Below are positions 22,201-35,007 of a stretch of DNA of 60,278 nucleotides, one piece after another; position 1 is the first letter of the stretch; the number at the start of each line of letters is the position of its first letter. The stretch lies in assembly GCA_000934665.2 (NCBI GenBank), contig JYFJ02002240.1:1-60278 (forward strand). Reading direction: 5' to 3'. This stretch comes from Catajapyx aquilonaris (taxonomy: Eukaryota). The notes under the pieces were generated by a model, which saw only the letters and a program-made list of their open reading frames with translations, did no database searches and was not told where the DNA came from. Position numbers and translations under genes: made by a program.

Positions 22201-25194
22201 GAATGAAAATGTGTGCATTCCTTCAAGGTGCGATTCACTATTTTGTAATGTTGACCGTAGCATTAAAAAAATATGCAGTACTATGTTGAACCAAAGATTA
22301 TAGATTGGGAGGGTATTGACATTGAGAATATTACTGGGCGGAGGCAGGCTGGTACTAATTGAATATGCGGTATGACACGCAATCTTTAAGGCCAGCGTGA
22401 CGTAATTAAGGGGTTAGGGCGTGGTATATATAAAAAAAGCTATTTTGCCTAAAATGGCATGACCCAATTTAATGATGCTCCAAACATAGAACTTGTCATG
22501 TCAAAGTTATGGATTAAACTATTTTGTATTCAATGTGGTGCCGCTTACACAGAACTTTAGTCATGTGCTGCACGTACGAGTTAGTACAGATTCACTCATA
22601 TAGGATTGGCACAGAATTTATTTCATACACAATATACGTGGTAAGTGTTTTAAAACAATCAAAACTTGCATTAGTGGTAATGAACTGTGATGTTTATTTA
22701 GCTAAAATGCAAATAAATACATAAAATACTCTTTTACTGCACAGGTTGTGTCAGAAGTGTCATCGGATTTTGGAACGTTATGTGCCTACCCTTATATTTT
22801 TTTTGACGCTATACAAGCACAATGTTAATGTCTTTTGAACATTTTAAATTTACAATATTGCACCAAAGATTGAACACCTTGAATGGATGCACAAAACGCG
22901 AGAGACATGAACATGCATTTTTTTTAATGGTGCGTGTTCGGCAAGATGTGATACTCAAGTGATATTGTCGTTTGAACACACTGTTATGTTGTGACCTGGG
23001 TTAGATCGATGACTGACTTGATTGTTGTTCTAAGCACAAGTGAACTATTACTGTTACAGCGAGTGGACATGCAACCTCGTATTTTTATATACCACCAGAT
23101 GTTATTTCCATCCAGCATGCTTTTTATCGTCGAAAAAGTTTTGCTTCTGGTTTTTTTAAAATGGCACAAAACTACTAAATTTAGCGAGAAGCCCAGACGG
23201 ATGATTTCTTTTGTACGTGGTTGTTATTGCACAATGAAAAGAAGGCTTCGCGTAATCTCGGTTCGTCATTTTTTATTATCTCAGGGATGCTTCTATGTCA
23301 CAAGTTCGTTTCACTCAAACTGGGTCACATTATGTCATACTTGTTCCTGCCGTCGATTAAAATCGCTCTTTAATCGCAACATCAGGCTCTGTTCTGCTCT
23401 TCTTTTTTTTCCATTTTATAATTGGCCAAGTGGGTGGAGTAATTGTTTGGCTGTTATTCCGCTATTATCTTCGCAATTTTGTATTTTTTTTGTTTCATTC
23501 CTTCCCAGAAAGACGATGGTTTGCTCCTGCTGACCTCACTCTTATCAGAAGAAAACCAGCAGTTGCATTGTTTCGTAACAGGACTGGTCATTCTCTTCCG
23601 TCTTGGTGGAGTGACCTTGACCGAGTTGCTGGTGAACTTGTCTCACCAGACGGATGCAACTCTTCAAACCAGTCCAATAGGATGCTTCCACCCCACACAA
23701 AATGTTCCCACTCAATCGAAAAATTCTGAGACTTAAACTATACATTTTATTCAAGCAATATTGCTGTAATTGTGAGTAGTATTCATAATAAGTGGTTGAA
23801 TGGAGGCGTCTTCATGATTGATGTGTCTCTGATTGATAAATGAGGGTTCACCCTTTGACCTCCGTTCCAGTGGAGAGGGCTCCAGGAATTAGTAAGTCGC
23901 AATCAATTTTACTGAAGGTTAATGCTTGTAATTTCGGCTGAAAAGGTGTTTCATACACATCACAGCTGTAAAAATCTGGGTTTTAAAAGCTGAGAATATT
24001 GATATTAAAACTGCATTTTATTTTTGAAAATTCATTCAAAAAGTGCAAAGCATGTAATTATTAATGAAGGACATGTTCACAAATGAAACATTACAAATAT
24101 TTTGCATTTTTAGAGTTGACATTCTGTATATTTCTGAAATTTTTGCCACATCACATCATTAATTTGCACTCGTATTTTTACAAGTGTAACAAAAATGGGC
24201 AAAAAAACCCCTACAGGTCCTACTTTTAAAACTGGTATTATTAGCACCAACCTCCACAAAAATTGATTGCACTTCGTCTCGCAACCGAACCTTGGAATGA
24301 AGGCTCCTTTCAATTCAGGGCCCGAAGAGATGCTTCCACTCACAAGCCACTGAATATTAAAGCTCTCGCTAATAAATGTTGCTCCCTTGATTGCTAATAA
24401 GAAAACGTTGCACTCTAGCTTAATTTTATTTCAAAATTCCGTTACTTAAAGTGCTCTAGTTGATTTTTTGTGTGTAGCTACAGACTCCATTATTGAGACG
24501 ATAAAAAGACTTTTTTTAATATTTATAGTGTATATAACCCATAGGAATAGTATAATATGTGTGTCTATCAAGGGGATATTATTCCCTATTACTTTACGTA
24601 ATGGACCGCCAATAATTATTGCGGCTTTAAAAACCTTTTTATGCACCATCCTGTATTATATATGCCAGCTCATATCGTGCAAGACTTCGCAAGTACCATT
24701 CCAGAGAGCACGGAAGGGTTTTTAAAGTGGAACGCATTTGCATAATGGACCGTGCTATAAGTGACGGACACATTTTGGCCCCCACCCCGAAAAGCCGCTC
24801 TTTTGCCCGCACAACAATAAAGGCCAGAAATCCTCTCCAGCAATGGCACGATGTGTGTCAATACAGAACCACACTTTCGCACAGTTTGAACCTGACTTGC
24901 GGTCGGGCATTAGTCACGTCACCATATCATGCCAGGCAACATGGGCTTCTAATTAACCCTAAGCAGGTTGCTGGAATAACAGTTTCCCTGGCTGGAGACT
25001 GTAACTTATCATTAACGTCATCGGAAAAAGTGGGCTGCTTCTTTTTTTTTTCTTCTTCTTCTTCTCGACTGTAAAGTATGTTGCATATAGGGCCAGCTTC
25101 ATTCGAACGGTGAACCTCACCAAGTTCGGGTTGCAAAGGTTTGGCGGATGGGAAGCCAATGGAGAATGTGTGTTGTTAGTAGAGGACACGGAAA

Positions 25195-25300
25195 ATGCGG
25201 CTCAAGTGTTTGCACCTAAGCTTGGTCTTCGGGTTGCTGGCTTCCATCTTCGATCGGAAGGGACTCGCCTATTTCCTTTCGGACATCAGGACGCCCAGGG
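25195..25300 (+). CDS. CUB protein candidate exon 1 (signal-peptide-like MRLKCLHLSLVFGLLASIF...)
   Basis: ATG, basic then hydrophobic N-terminus, G|GCAAGT donor in phase 1 matching the acceptor at 26673. Confidence 0.55.
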
Positions 25301-28300
25301 GCAAGTATATATACACACACATGAGATTCATGCACTCTCGACACATGTTGGTTGGCTTAGGCGCGGATTGTGCCCAGGAGGTATTTAATCACAATTTGCT
25401 TAATGGGCTGGGGCGTCATATAAATTTTGATTCTTGGGGCAATGTTATATGCATAGTGTAATAAATTTTGATGACAGTATGGTCAATTTTGCATAATAGA
25501 ATTTTCGTAAGATCCAATTATGCATAATGTGCCCATATTTTCTCTCTGATACAACTGGGAATCATGGAAAAAAAATTGTGCACATTACACCAAATTGGAT
25601 GAATTCTCATACAATAACCTATTATATAATAGGTTATTGTATGAGAATTCATCCAATTTGGTGTAATGTGCACAATTTTTTTTCCCATGATTCCCAGTTG
25701 TTGACCTAATTTGAGTTGATGCGATTGGCCCTTAGACAAGTTAGATTAACGCAAATTACAGAAAATTTCTGATGTGTTGTGGAATATTGTGGATACATGA
25801 CCAAAAAATTTTCCTCTGATTTTTGTCGATCCGATAAGGCTGTAACTGTTACTGGTTTATGTATACACTGATCATGATGTTTTGACACGAATTATTATTG
25901 CGGAATATTACGTTGATTAACTAGAGTTGGTGCCACAATTATGTGATTAATGAGATCATCTGTATTTGGGTAAACCTCTCTGTAACAAAATTTCGCTGGA
26001 AACGAGTGGATCAGCCTTAGAACTAGCCAAATTAAGAGAAGCAACAATCGGGGCCAATTTGGCCAGGATTGTTGTGTCTCTCTGAACTACGTTGGGGATT
26101 AACAATTAATACGTATAGCATCTTTAATAATTGTCCCCATATTGAACTGGGAACTTGGAACAGTACAGGAACGTTGGTGAAAGTGGACAACGAAAAATCT
26201 CGCTCTTGAAAATACCAATTTGACCCTCTCAAGACTCACTTGTCAGTCAACATTAAATATTAAAAAGGCTGTCAACCAGCAAAATAATCCGAACTTTCCG
26301 ATACATTTTAGATGCTGTATATCTCCTGGCATCGCAAAGTTGAATCGTTGTGCCGAAAAAGTTTGAAACGTATTTTATTATTTAATACGAACCATCAAGG
26401 CTCTGCAAATAAGCGAGTGAACTGATGGCATCACAATCATTATGCAATTGCTGGTTTTATTGTTGAACTGATTCACTTGGAGCAAAACTTCTGTGAATGG
26501 ATCCTGTTCAAATTGAGGTATTATTGTCGACTTATAAGAAATTGGAACTTGTTGCGATGTCATGTGAATGGCCTTTTTTATGACGTCAGTACGCACATTT
26601 TCTAGACATCATTGCCCTGTATAGTTAACAACATGCAATCTGACAAGTGAATTTTTAAAATCCAAACCACAGCAAATGGAGCAGAGCGGCAGATTCCATC
26701 TAATTCGAGCAAAGCAACGACCACTGCTCGGCCTTCGTCCATCTTCATCCTCACAAACAGCAGCAACACCACCAGGTCCGACTCATGGGGTCGTCGACAC
26801 GTGGCCAAACTGGATGACTTTAGTTCCAGGGAGCTTCCTCGTCCAGAAGGTACACACACTATATTTTCACATGTCCCCAAACTCATATAAACCTGTCCCC
26901 CTTTTTAATTATTTCCCCTTGCAGTTTACACCTGCGGACAAGAGGCGACTTCTGGACAGCGAGCCATCAACTTCGTGAACCCGTCGTACCCTGAAGAGGA
27001 CGAGTTGGGCGGAGAGTGCAGGTTCCGCATCTACCTGAGCGACCCTCGAGTCTGTCAGGCCAGTACCCTATATATAACCTCAATGAGTCGTGCAACATTT
27101 TGGAGCCAATTATTTGTGACCAATCAGTGTTATTTATGAGATTTTGAACTCATTAGAGTGTGTCCCCTTCTGCAAACAGTTGCGGGTTGATTTTGTGGAC
27201 ACGGAGATGATTCCTCCGACCAGAGGAAGATGCATAAACCAGCAGCTGAGACTGGAGGGTCCAGTCTGGCAGATGGGTCTGCCTCCACTCTGCGGAAGCA
27301 ACACGGAGCAGCATTGTAATGTTTTCTTCTTCTTCTTACATAGTTTGTAGGCATTTCGTGTTGCGGGGTCCTTCTGAGAGTATAACGGTTGATCGCCTCA
27401 CTTCTTGGCTGCGGACTGGGGATATATAACTCGAGCAAAAATTGTTTCGCGAATGTGGGTCGGGCGGTCGCATGCAGGGTGTAACTATTGGTTCTGCGGC
27501 ACACATTTTTGCGAGGCGTATACTGCAGAAGCGGGTGTGAAGCAGGAAATGGACTAGTGGTCATGCAGCCTGTTCAATTAGGTTTATCAGGATTTGAAAG
27601 GATTGATGGCTTTTTTTTTCTTATTCTTTTCAATACAGTCTACGCACACCTGGAGCTGGCCAGGAACACCAGCAACTTCTTGGACTTTGTCGTGTCAACC
27701 CATGTGGAAGACACGCCCTATAAATTCGGACTGTGGATCACTCAAGTGCAGTGCCACGTCGGAGACGTCATGGAAGGTACGCGTCACGGAATAAGCCAAT
27801 GTAATAGGTCATAATTTGACGTACTGTATTATATTGAGGGGCTTCTTTTGGTTGATAGCCCCCCTGGGCTGCACTCAGTACCATGTGGAAACGGAAGGTA
27901 CCATGCTGAGCTTCAACTTCCGGGGACGCCAGTACCTGAATGACCTTTCGTATCGCGTGTGTGTGAGGACCGCCCATGACGTATGCCGGATTCGCTTCGA
28001 GGCCATGGACGGGGAATTCGGGTTGGAGAAGTCCAAGACCACCAAGACCAACGGACATAACAAGTCAGAAAGGCTTCTGATTGATTGATTGCCTCTCAGA
28101 TCATTTTCTAAACTATTTGAACTCCTTTAGGTCTGGAGCAGGACCTGTGATATGTGCAGGCGACTATATACGAATTCCGAGCGGATCCATGGACGGAACC
28201 AGCAAAGGATCGTACGACAGGTTCTGCGGATCTATTCTCTCGCCCAGAAGCGGAGAGACCCAGAGCAGACCTATTTATAGTAAGTGCTGCACTGCCTGAT

Positions 28301-28998
28301 GGATACATTATCATAAGAGGCCCTCAGCCTTGGCATGAAAATTAGCCGGATGTTTTGAAAATACTTGTGAGAAGCAGATGTTTAATTGAGAAAATGATTT
28401 CTAGCTTGAATGTAAAGGCGGCAATTACATCAACTCAGCCGGAGTTGTGTCAGACCAGTTCCTTTCGTACTTTTCCTACCAGCTAGTAGGTGGCAGGAAG
28501 GGTTGGTTTTCACATCGTAGTTGACACACTCGGCGTTAGATGGCGGCCACTACTCGCCAACTGCAAAACGTGCCTTTTTTTGAATCAATTGCAAATTTAA
28601 TTTAAATTAATTGCGTTTCAGGTGCGGCCAACACGAACCTGATCTGGGTGGAGGTGGTGTCCGGCACTCCTCTTCGCTTCAACACCAAGACCCACGCTCC
28701 AGGGTTCAGGATGTCCTTCTCCCAGCTCAAAATATGTCCGACCCAGATGACCAAGCTGTCCAGTATTGTGGCGGCCAGATCGGAGGAGTCCTACGCCGGA
28801 AGCGTCAACAAGAACTCTCTCTGGGACTACCTGGTAGGAGACGAGGAAGATCCGGGAGACTACGCGGAGTACGACTCGAAGGAGCTGCCTGACACGGGCA
28901 GCACCGCAGGCACCAAGAAGAAGAAGATCAAGCCCAAGGATGACTCTGGGTCTGAAGAGTCTGAATCCGATTCAGAAGAGGACTCCAGGAGTCTATGA
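25195..28998 (+). CDS. Secreted tandem CUB-domain protein (arthropod type), join(25195..25300,26673..26849,26925..27058,27180..27315,27639..27776,27859..28063,28131..28279,28622..28998), about 473 aa
   Basis: Phases are consistent throughout (1,1,0,1,1,2,1). Motifs: TCG...FVNPSYP...C.F.I...VCQ|LRVDFVD...LCGSNTEQH|FY...ITQVQC...APLGCTQY...SFNF...YRVCVR...C.GDYIRIP...DRFCG...GFRMSFSQ. Exons from 26925 onward are firm; the first two exons (signal peptide, Ser/Thr linker) are less certain. Confidence 0.85.
25551..25701. repeat. 151-bp near-perfect palindrome with no loop
   Basis: Centre between 25625 and 25626; 25566..25685 is a perfect 120-bp palindrome, extended 15 bp on each side after a single extra C. 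Confidence 0.95.
26673..26849 (+). CDS. CUB protein exon 2 (Ser/Thr-rich linker)
   Basis: ccacag acceptor and AAG|gtacac donor; 177 nt, phase 1-1, open in the frame required by the next exon. Confidence 0.65.
26925..27058 (+). CDS. CUB protein exon 3
   Basis: cccttgcag acceptor; YTCGQE...NFVNPSYP...CRFRIYLSDPRVCQ; GC donor. Confidence 0.85.
27180..27315 (+). CDS. CUB protein exon 4
   Basis: LRVDFVDTEM...GRC...LCGSNTEQH; gtaatg donor. Confidence 0.88.
27639..27776 (+). CDS. CUB protein exon 5
   Basis: FYAHLE...FGLWITQVQC; gtacgc donor. Confidence 0.88.
27859..28063 (+). CDS. CUB protein exon 6
   Basis: APLGCTQY...LSFNF...YRVCVR...CRIRF; gtcaga donor. Confidence 0.88.
28131..28279 (+). CDS. 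CUB protein exon 7
   Basis: CAGDYIRIP...YDRFCGSIL; gtaagt donor. Confidence 0.88.
28622..28998 (+). CDS. CUB protein last exon with acidic tail
   Basis: tttcag acceptor; ...GFRMSFSQLKICP...SEESESDSEEDSRSL then TGA. Confidence 0.86.
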
Positions 28999-31900
28999 CC
29001 AATGTGACAGGAAATAACTGTTTAATTTATTGTCCAGTTGTGATTTTTTTTTTGCAGGTGTTGTGATAGATGTTATTTATTTGAATAGTGTGAAAATTGT
29101 GCAGCGTAATGTTTTGAGTGACGATTTCAAGAGCGAGCAGTCAATTATTTGAATTGGACTGAAATATCTAGTGAAGAACATGACTGGATGCTGGAGGATT
29201 ATTTTTTTTTTAAATCAAATTGAGGCGAAAACCACTTGAAATATTTTAGATGGGGAAAGTCTAACTCGTCTGTAAGTTCTGTATGATAATTATCACGTAT
29301 TGGAATATGTTGTTTGATATACCGTAGTTTTTACTATACAAATAGATCGTACTATTTGCTGTTATCAAAGAGATGATTTGTTATTACCGTATGCATGTAT
29401 ACCATACTGTACTTAATATGAATTACCGATTCAGTTTGCATGGCACACATTTGTATAAATTTATTCACCTTTGGTGTATAACAATGGCGTATCGCTCTAT
29501 TATTGCTAACCTGTGAACACACCTTAACACTTTGGATTATTGAAGTTTCACTGTTAACTTTAGGCAGCATTAATAATAAACAGCGTCCATGACCCCCCAT
29601 CAGCTGACAGGTCATTAGCTCACTTTGTCAGTTTTAGCTGGAAACTAATAAATAAGGGCAGGTCATGGCTTTTGTTTGGGTTGAAACGCAGCATTGTTCC
29701 GGCGACCATTGTCGCGAGGAAACTAAACTTTGTGAAGGTCGGGTGTGTTGGGTAAGGTTAGTGTTAATTGGGATTAGCATATACTTAAAGGCCAGGAGAG
29801 TCTGATATTGCTCTCCTTTCCTCAATCCCTGCACGACAATGTCAATGAGAAACAACAGTGGTTGCTGCTTCTACTGCTGGTTGCAAGGGTAAACAATTCG
29901 AACATGACCTTGCCCGAATTATAGTGACGACATGTGTGACGTTACAGTGTATGTGGCGACACGATTTTTTAGGGAAAAGAGGGAATTAATTAGAGAAGCT
30001 GACATGTTACCGGGTCGTGCAATGTGGGTCCTGCCCCGGGGCAGCCCCAGGTGCTGTGCTGGTGTTGAACGAGAGTGAACCGACTGTCCTGAAGTTGACA
30101 CCTGCAGGTAAGTCACCTGCCATAATATTAAGCAGACACAAAGACAAAGGAAATGGGCCTGCGCAATTATTGTATAAAGGCACCATGGGCCAGCCCAAGG
30201 GCGAGCACTGGAGGGGCGAATGCGACTGTCCCCCGCCAATCAAATGCAGCCGTGACGGTCGCCATGAGCTTTTATTCGGAGGGGGAGGTTTTGCTGGGGT
30301 GTGTGTGTGTAATGAGGGGAGGAGTCGGCCCCATTTGACGGGTGTCTTATTTTTACATCCGACATATGCTGCGCACCAAGGTTGTACAGGGTGTTTCATA
30401 GTGAGCATATACACACACTTCAGCTGTACCCTTGGCGCCAACCTTTGTTATCCCCGCGCCGGCTCATCAAATTAGCAAAAATATGCTGCGAGGGATTGGA
30501 TTGCACGCAACAACATCCGTTTGATGAACGACACAAGAAAAAGGCGCTGACTGTAAAATGATCGGGGGAAGCCGCGGCACACAACAATACTGTAATCACC
30601 ATTTTTAAAAATAGCCCTCATTTATTCTTTAGGGGGGGGGGGGGAGGTTGCACCAAACTAACCTCCCAGTTAATGGTCCTCCCACACCCAAGCATTCCGT
30701 GTCGGAAGTCAAACCGACACAACCACATGTGTGTAGAAGTCAGATGATGTATATGCTCCGACTGGGAACCCTAAGGTTTGCTCTAGGATTTTATGCTTGG
30801 CTTGTTTGTTTCGAATAGCCGGCATGCCGTTGGCTCATTAGAGGGGACGCGCCTGTCCCTCAGGAGAGACTTGCTACGCCGACACCCTCCATTAATTTGT
30901 CATTAGGACGCCTGTTAACGGGGCCACGCTGCCATTGGGCCAATTTAAATATATCTTGCCAGGCAAAAAGAGACAGATTTTGTTTCGCTAATTTTAGCTC
31001 CCCAGGGGGCGCACACACTCGCCAAAATGTCTCACGCCTTTCCCTTTGATGCCATCTGAACATGAACATGTTTTACGGCATGAAACAGAGTAGGACAATT
31101 ATTTTCTGAGAGTAGTGTACCACCCTGTATATAGTTTTGCGCTGATGGATCTGCGCCTGAGGTGTGTTTATCATTGCGGTTGTCTGGAACATCAGGCCAA
31201 GTTTACGCCGCTTTTACGAGCCACCCGCCCACGTGCCCGAAGTGTTTCGAAGTGTTTTCTTTTACACCTTCCTCCCCATCCCCCCCATGCCGGTGACATA
31301 ATAGTAAAAGGGAGTAAAGATAGGCTGATAGGCAACAGCAAGAGGAGGGGGGGGGGTTGACCACTCTCTGTTGAATGGGGGGGCCGACACGAGAGGATTT
31401 TCCTCCCCAACCAAAACTGTTTATCACTTCGCTTCCTTGGGAAAAGGTATATAGGCTATCATGGGCCCAGGTTTTCCTCTTGATTCGGTGGGGGCTATTA
31501 AGTGCTCTCTCTTTGCGCCCATTGTCCAATGGGAAACGAGGGAAATGAGGTTTGGCTGTAGCGGGGAATCCCCTCCCCCGCCACCGACTTGCCTCCCCAA
31601 CCAAGTACATTTCATCCGAAGTTCATTACCGGTTTTGTAGTGCGGAGGCTTTGAATCAAAAGGGTGCTTGGCCAATAGTTTCTGGGAGGGTTGGGAGGGA
31701 AACCATATTGGTGGGTGATTACTATTGTCGGGTTGGGAGGACTAATAAGTGTGCAAGGCATCATCATCATGGAATGATGTTGGAAAGCAGGAAGGACAGA
31801 TGACTATCTTTGTCTACCGAATGTAATTTCCCTCGTCATTGCTTGTGGGTGTGCGTTGCGTGTGATGGAGACGTATAATAGATAATATTGTGCCAAGTAT

Positions 31901-34900
31901 GTGTAGACCTGGCGGTTTCAATTAGTGTGTGTTCCAACCTGTAAAATAACATGGTCATAAGAATCAAACACAAGCTCAAAAATGCATGTCAGTAATGTGC
32001 GTCCCTATTTCGAAAATAATATTTTCTCGCTCCAAATGGTTTTGACTGATATGGCCACTAATATTTTGATTACAACCGCACAAGTATATAACCGCTTGAA
32101 AATAAGCAGTTGTACGGCCGCAATGGACAATAATGTTAGGTACTTGGAACTTACAATTTCACCTTATCACTTATGCCCATACAGGTGCGGTAGTACAAGC
32201 TGTCTTAAAATAATATTTGCCCGATTGCTATGTACCGGGAGTATGTTGACTTTTCCGCAGAGCAAACAGCCTTCAACTGATAAAGGCCGGGATTTCTTCA
32301 GATTCGCAATTTTTGTAGGGCATACGCCGTCTAAATCCTAACTGTCTGGCATAAATAATGTAGTCATGCCCTATAGCTTGCGAGGCCTGTATGCATGCAC
32401 GGGTAGCCGTATTTTAACCCATTTTTACCCCATAACTGAAAATCGAAAAAACCTTTATATACCGATGTCTCCGGGACATGTCATTGGCAAACAGTTTTTC
32501 GCAATGTTTGAAATCAGCAGATAAGTTTCCCATTTTGCGCAGTGTGTTTAACAGTGATTTGCGAGCTTATTATTTTTTTGTGTGTGCTCCCCTTTTTTCC
32601 ACCAACCTATCCATCAATATATTGCATTAGTCAGAGCAAACAGTGTAGTTTGAGATCCAACGTTACGGAAAATGCGAACAAGCCCAATTGCGCAAGTAGA
32701 GTCCCAGGATTTGCAATGTGGGCAAACCCGAATCGAAACTTAAAATTGGATTCTCTCGTGTGTTCTGCATTGCCAAGAAAAGGCATTTGACCAAAGGGGA
32801 GGCCCGGGTTCCCAATAAATAATTCGCGACTCCCAGCGACCTCGTAATACGAATGTAATTTAGCAGATCACTTATCTTTTGAAAACGCGAAGGATCTGGG
32901 GACTACTAAGCCCTCCCGCCGCTCTTATCTATAAACCAGGACATATCTAAGTATTGCAATTTCGCTGCCATTACACCATTGATTCCGCAGTGGTCGCTAC
33001 GTGTAAAATCTTATACTCCCCCCGCTTTTTAAAAAAGTTTCGCAAAAATGTTCTAGCTTGCAAATTGAGTGGGCGTGTTCACGTCAAGTCGAATCAATCG
33101 GTTTGAAGGTAATGAGGGCATGACTCCTTGCACGATGGCTCTAATTTCACTGCATGGCAGCAGGGCCTGTAATAAAGTCGGGGTCTGTTTATTGCATGTC
33201 ACACAAACTGTGGACGGGTCTAGAGAGGGGTTGGGTTTTAAAAAGCACGGCACTGTAACGAGCAGGTACGGTCAGAGTTGACCCCGGTTACGATAATTGA
33301 GACTGATAAGCAATTATGGCTGGGGAATTGTAAGTTATGATAAGGAGTTGGTATGTCAATGCATGTCGCCAACAGGGATTCAATGAAACTTTTCTTTTTT
33401 TTAAATGTTTTGTTTGGACCAAGGTACATTTTGAGTACAATGTATATGCTATTCATGTTAAAGGAGGGCAGAAGTCTATTAAATAAATGGATGGAATTTC
33501 TAATAAGGGTTTCGTTGGAAATTGCACGTTTTGAGGAGCATTGGCAGAATGGAGGCCTTTTGTGTCGTGACAAGTCGGGTCGACAAGCGGATGACAGCAT
33601 TGACAGAATTAAGTGCTCCAAAATACTGTCCGCACTTTTTTGGATCGCATGGTTTGAGTGATCTCCGCCGATATGGGGAAGATGATGGGAGAAAGAAAAG
33701 TGGGTGGGTGGATATGGAAAGGGAGGAATAAATGGGTTGCCAATTGGAAATGGGTTGAGGAAGTCACGACAAAAGCAGGAACTAATCTGATTTATTCACT
33801 TTTGTTATGTGCTCTTGCGGATTCTTTTTCTTGGCATTATTTTGTCAGCGGGTTTATCGCTTCTCCTTTGTTGCTCCCTTTTTCTTGGGCAAATTCTAAG
33901 GAGAGCTGACTTATCTAAGGCCAATTTTTTACCAAGCGAAAAAGTCTTGTAGCTTGGCATCAAACAGAGTGTGTGTATTTTGGAGGGAAATGATCATAAG
34001 TTGGACATGAGCAACAAAGGCAGCGTTGTTTGTGAGTGCAAATAAAACTTATGAAAAATACTAGCATCTGTGGTATGCAGCTGAATTGTGCAAATAGCCT
34101 GTTATTTACCAACATGTATGGGTATACTCAGCTGTATATTTTGCTAGTTACTTTAACCACAAGTTGCATTGAATAACGTTTTAGGCTGATCCAACTGTTG
34201 CAAGTGACATCCATCATTTTGAACGGTTTTCTACTGCATTTTTTTGTGAGCTTGTGTAAACTGCTTCATGCGGACTGAATTTCGCTCTCAAGAGATCTTC
34301 GGTTTAAATCAATTCAATTCAATTATTTTTGTAGGTACTCTATACACACAGGACCTGCTCGGAGTATGTGATTCGCAGAATTACAGGGAAACATCGCCAT
34401 GAAATCCGCCAGTGAATGCCCCCCCCCCCTCCTCTCTCTATTCCCATATATACAACCCCCCCATTTCCCATCACAGCTAAAGTGAGCGGGTTCCAAGCCT
34501 TCAAAAGTCCCAAAGGAGCGAGTGTTTGACCATGAATAGATTAATAGACTAATCGCAGCGATCACCATACTTGACAGACAGCGCATTACCCAGGGACTGT
34601 GGTCATCCGGCCCACATTATTGCAATATCACAGGCCTTCTCGAACAGGTCGTGACATTAATATTGTACGGTCACTATACTGGTGACGTCCTCATGCTCTG
34701 GCTCTCCCCCTCTATTTTTTTTCTATAGTGAACCTTCCCTCAAAGCATGCTCGGGCATACATACATACACACACATGGATCAATCGCTTCCTGCTGATTC
34801 CAAATTATACACAGGGCTCGACTCGGTTTTCCTCCAAACGATCGCTCCTGTCTACCACTTGCGATAAAGTCCAGCTCTTTTATCCTTGCTTTGAACGGTT

Positions 34901-35007
34901 AGGTCATGAAATTACTTTTCCGCTCAATCTCCTATGCAAGTCTGCCCCATTCGAGTTTGACATGGAGACAAAGGTCTGCTGAGATTAGTCCTACTGATGG
35001 CTGCTTA

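Noticed and set aside
21865..22303. Several overlapping ORFs on both strands
   Set aside because: Alternative-frame shadows of the GC-rich last K2P exon
22991..23736. 180-aa and neighbouring ORFs between the K2P and CUB genes
   Set aside because: No recognisable domain, composition typical of T-rich non-coding DNA, and no consistent splice model
26676..26978. 100-aa ORF as the CUB protein start (MEQSGRF...)
   Set aside because: Wrong frame for splicing into the CUB domain; the compatible frame is ANGAERQ...
30385..31129. Single 745-bp MITE bracketed by inverted TACAGGGTG motifs
   Set aside because: The ends match for only 9 bp, so they are more likely independent fragments
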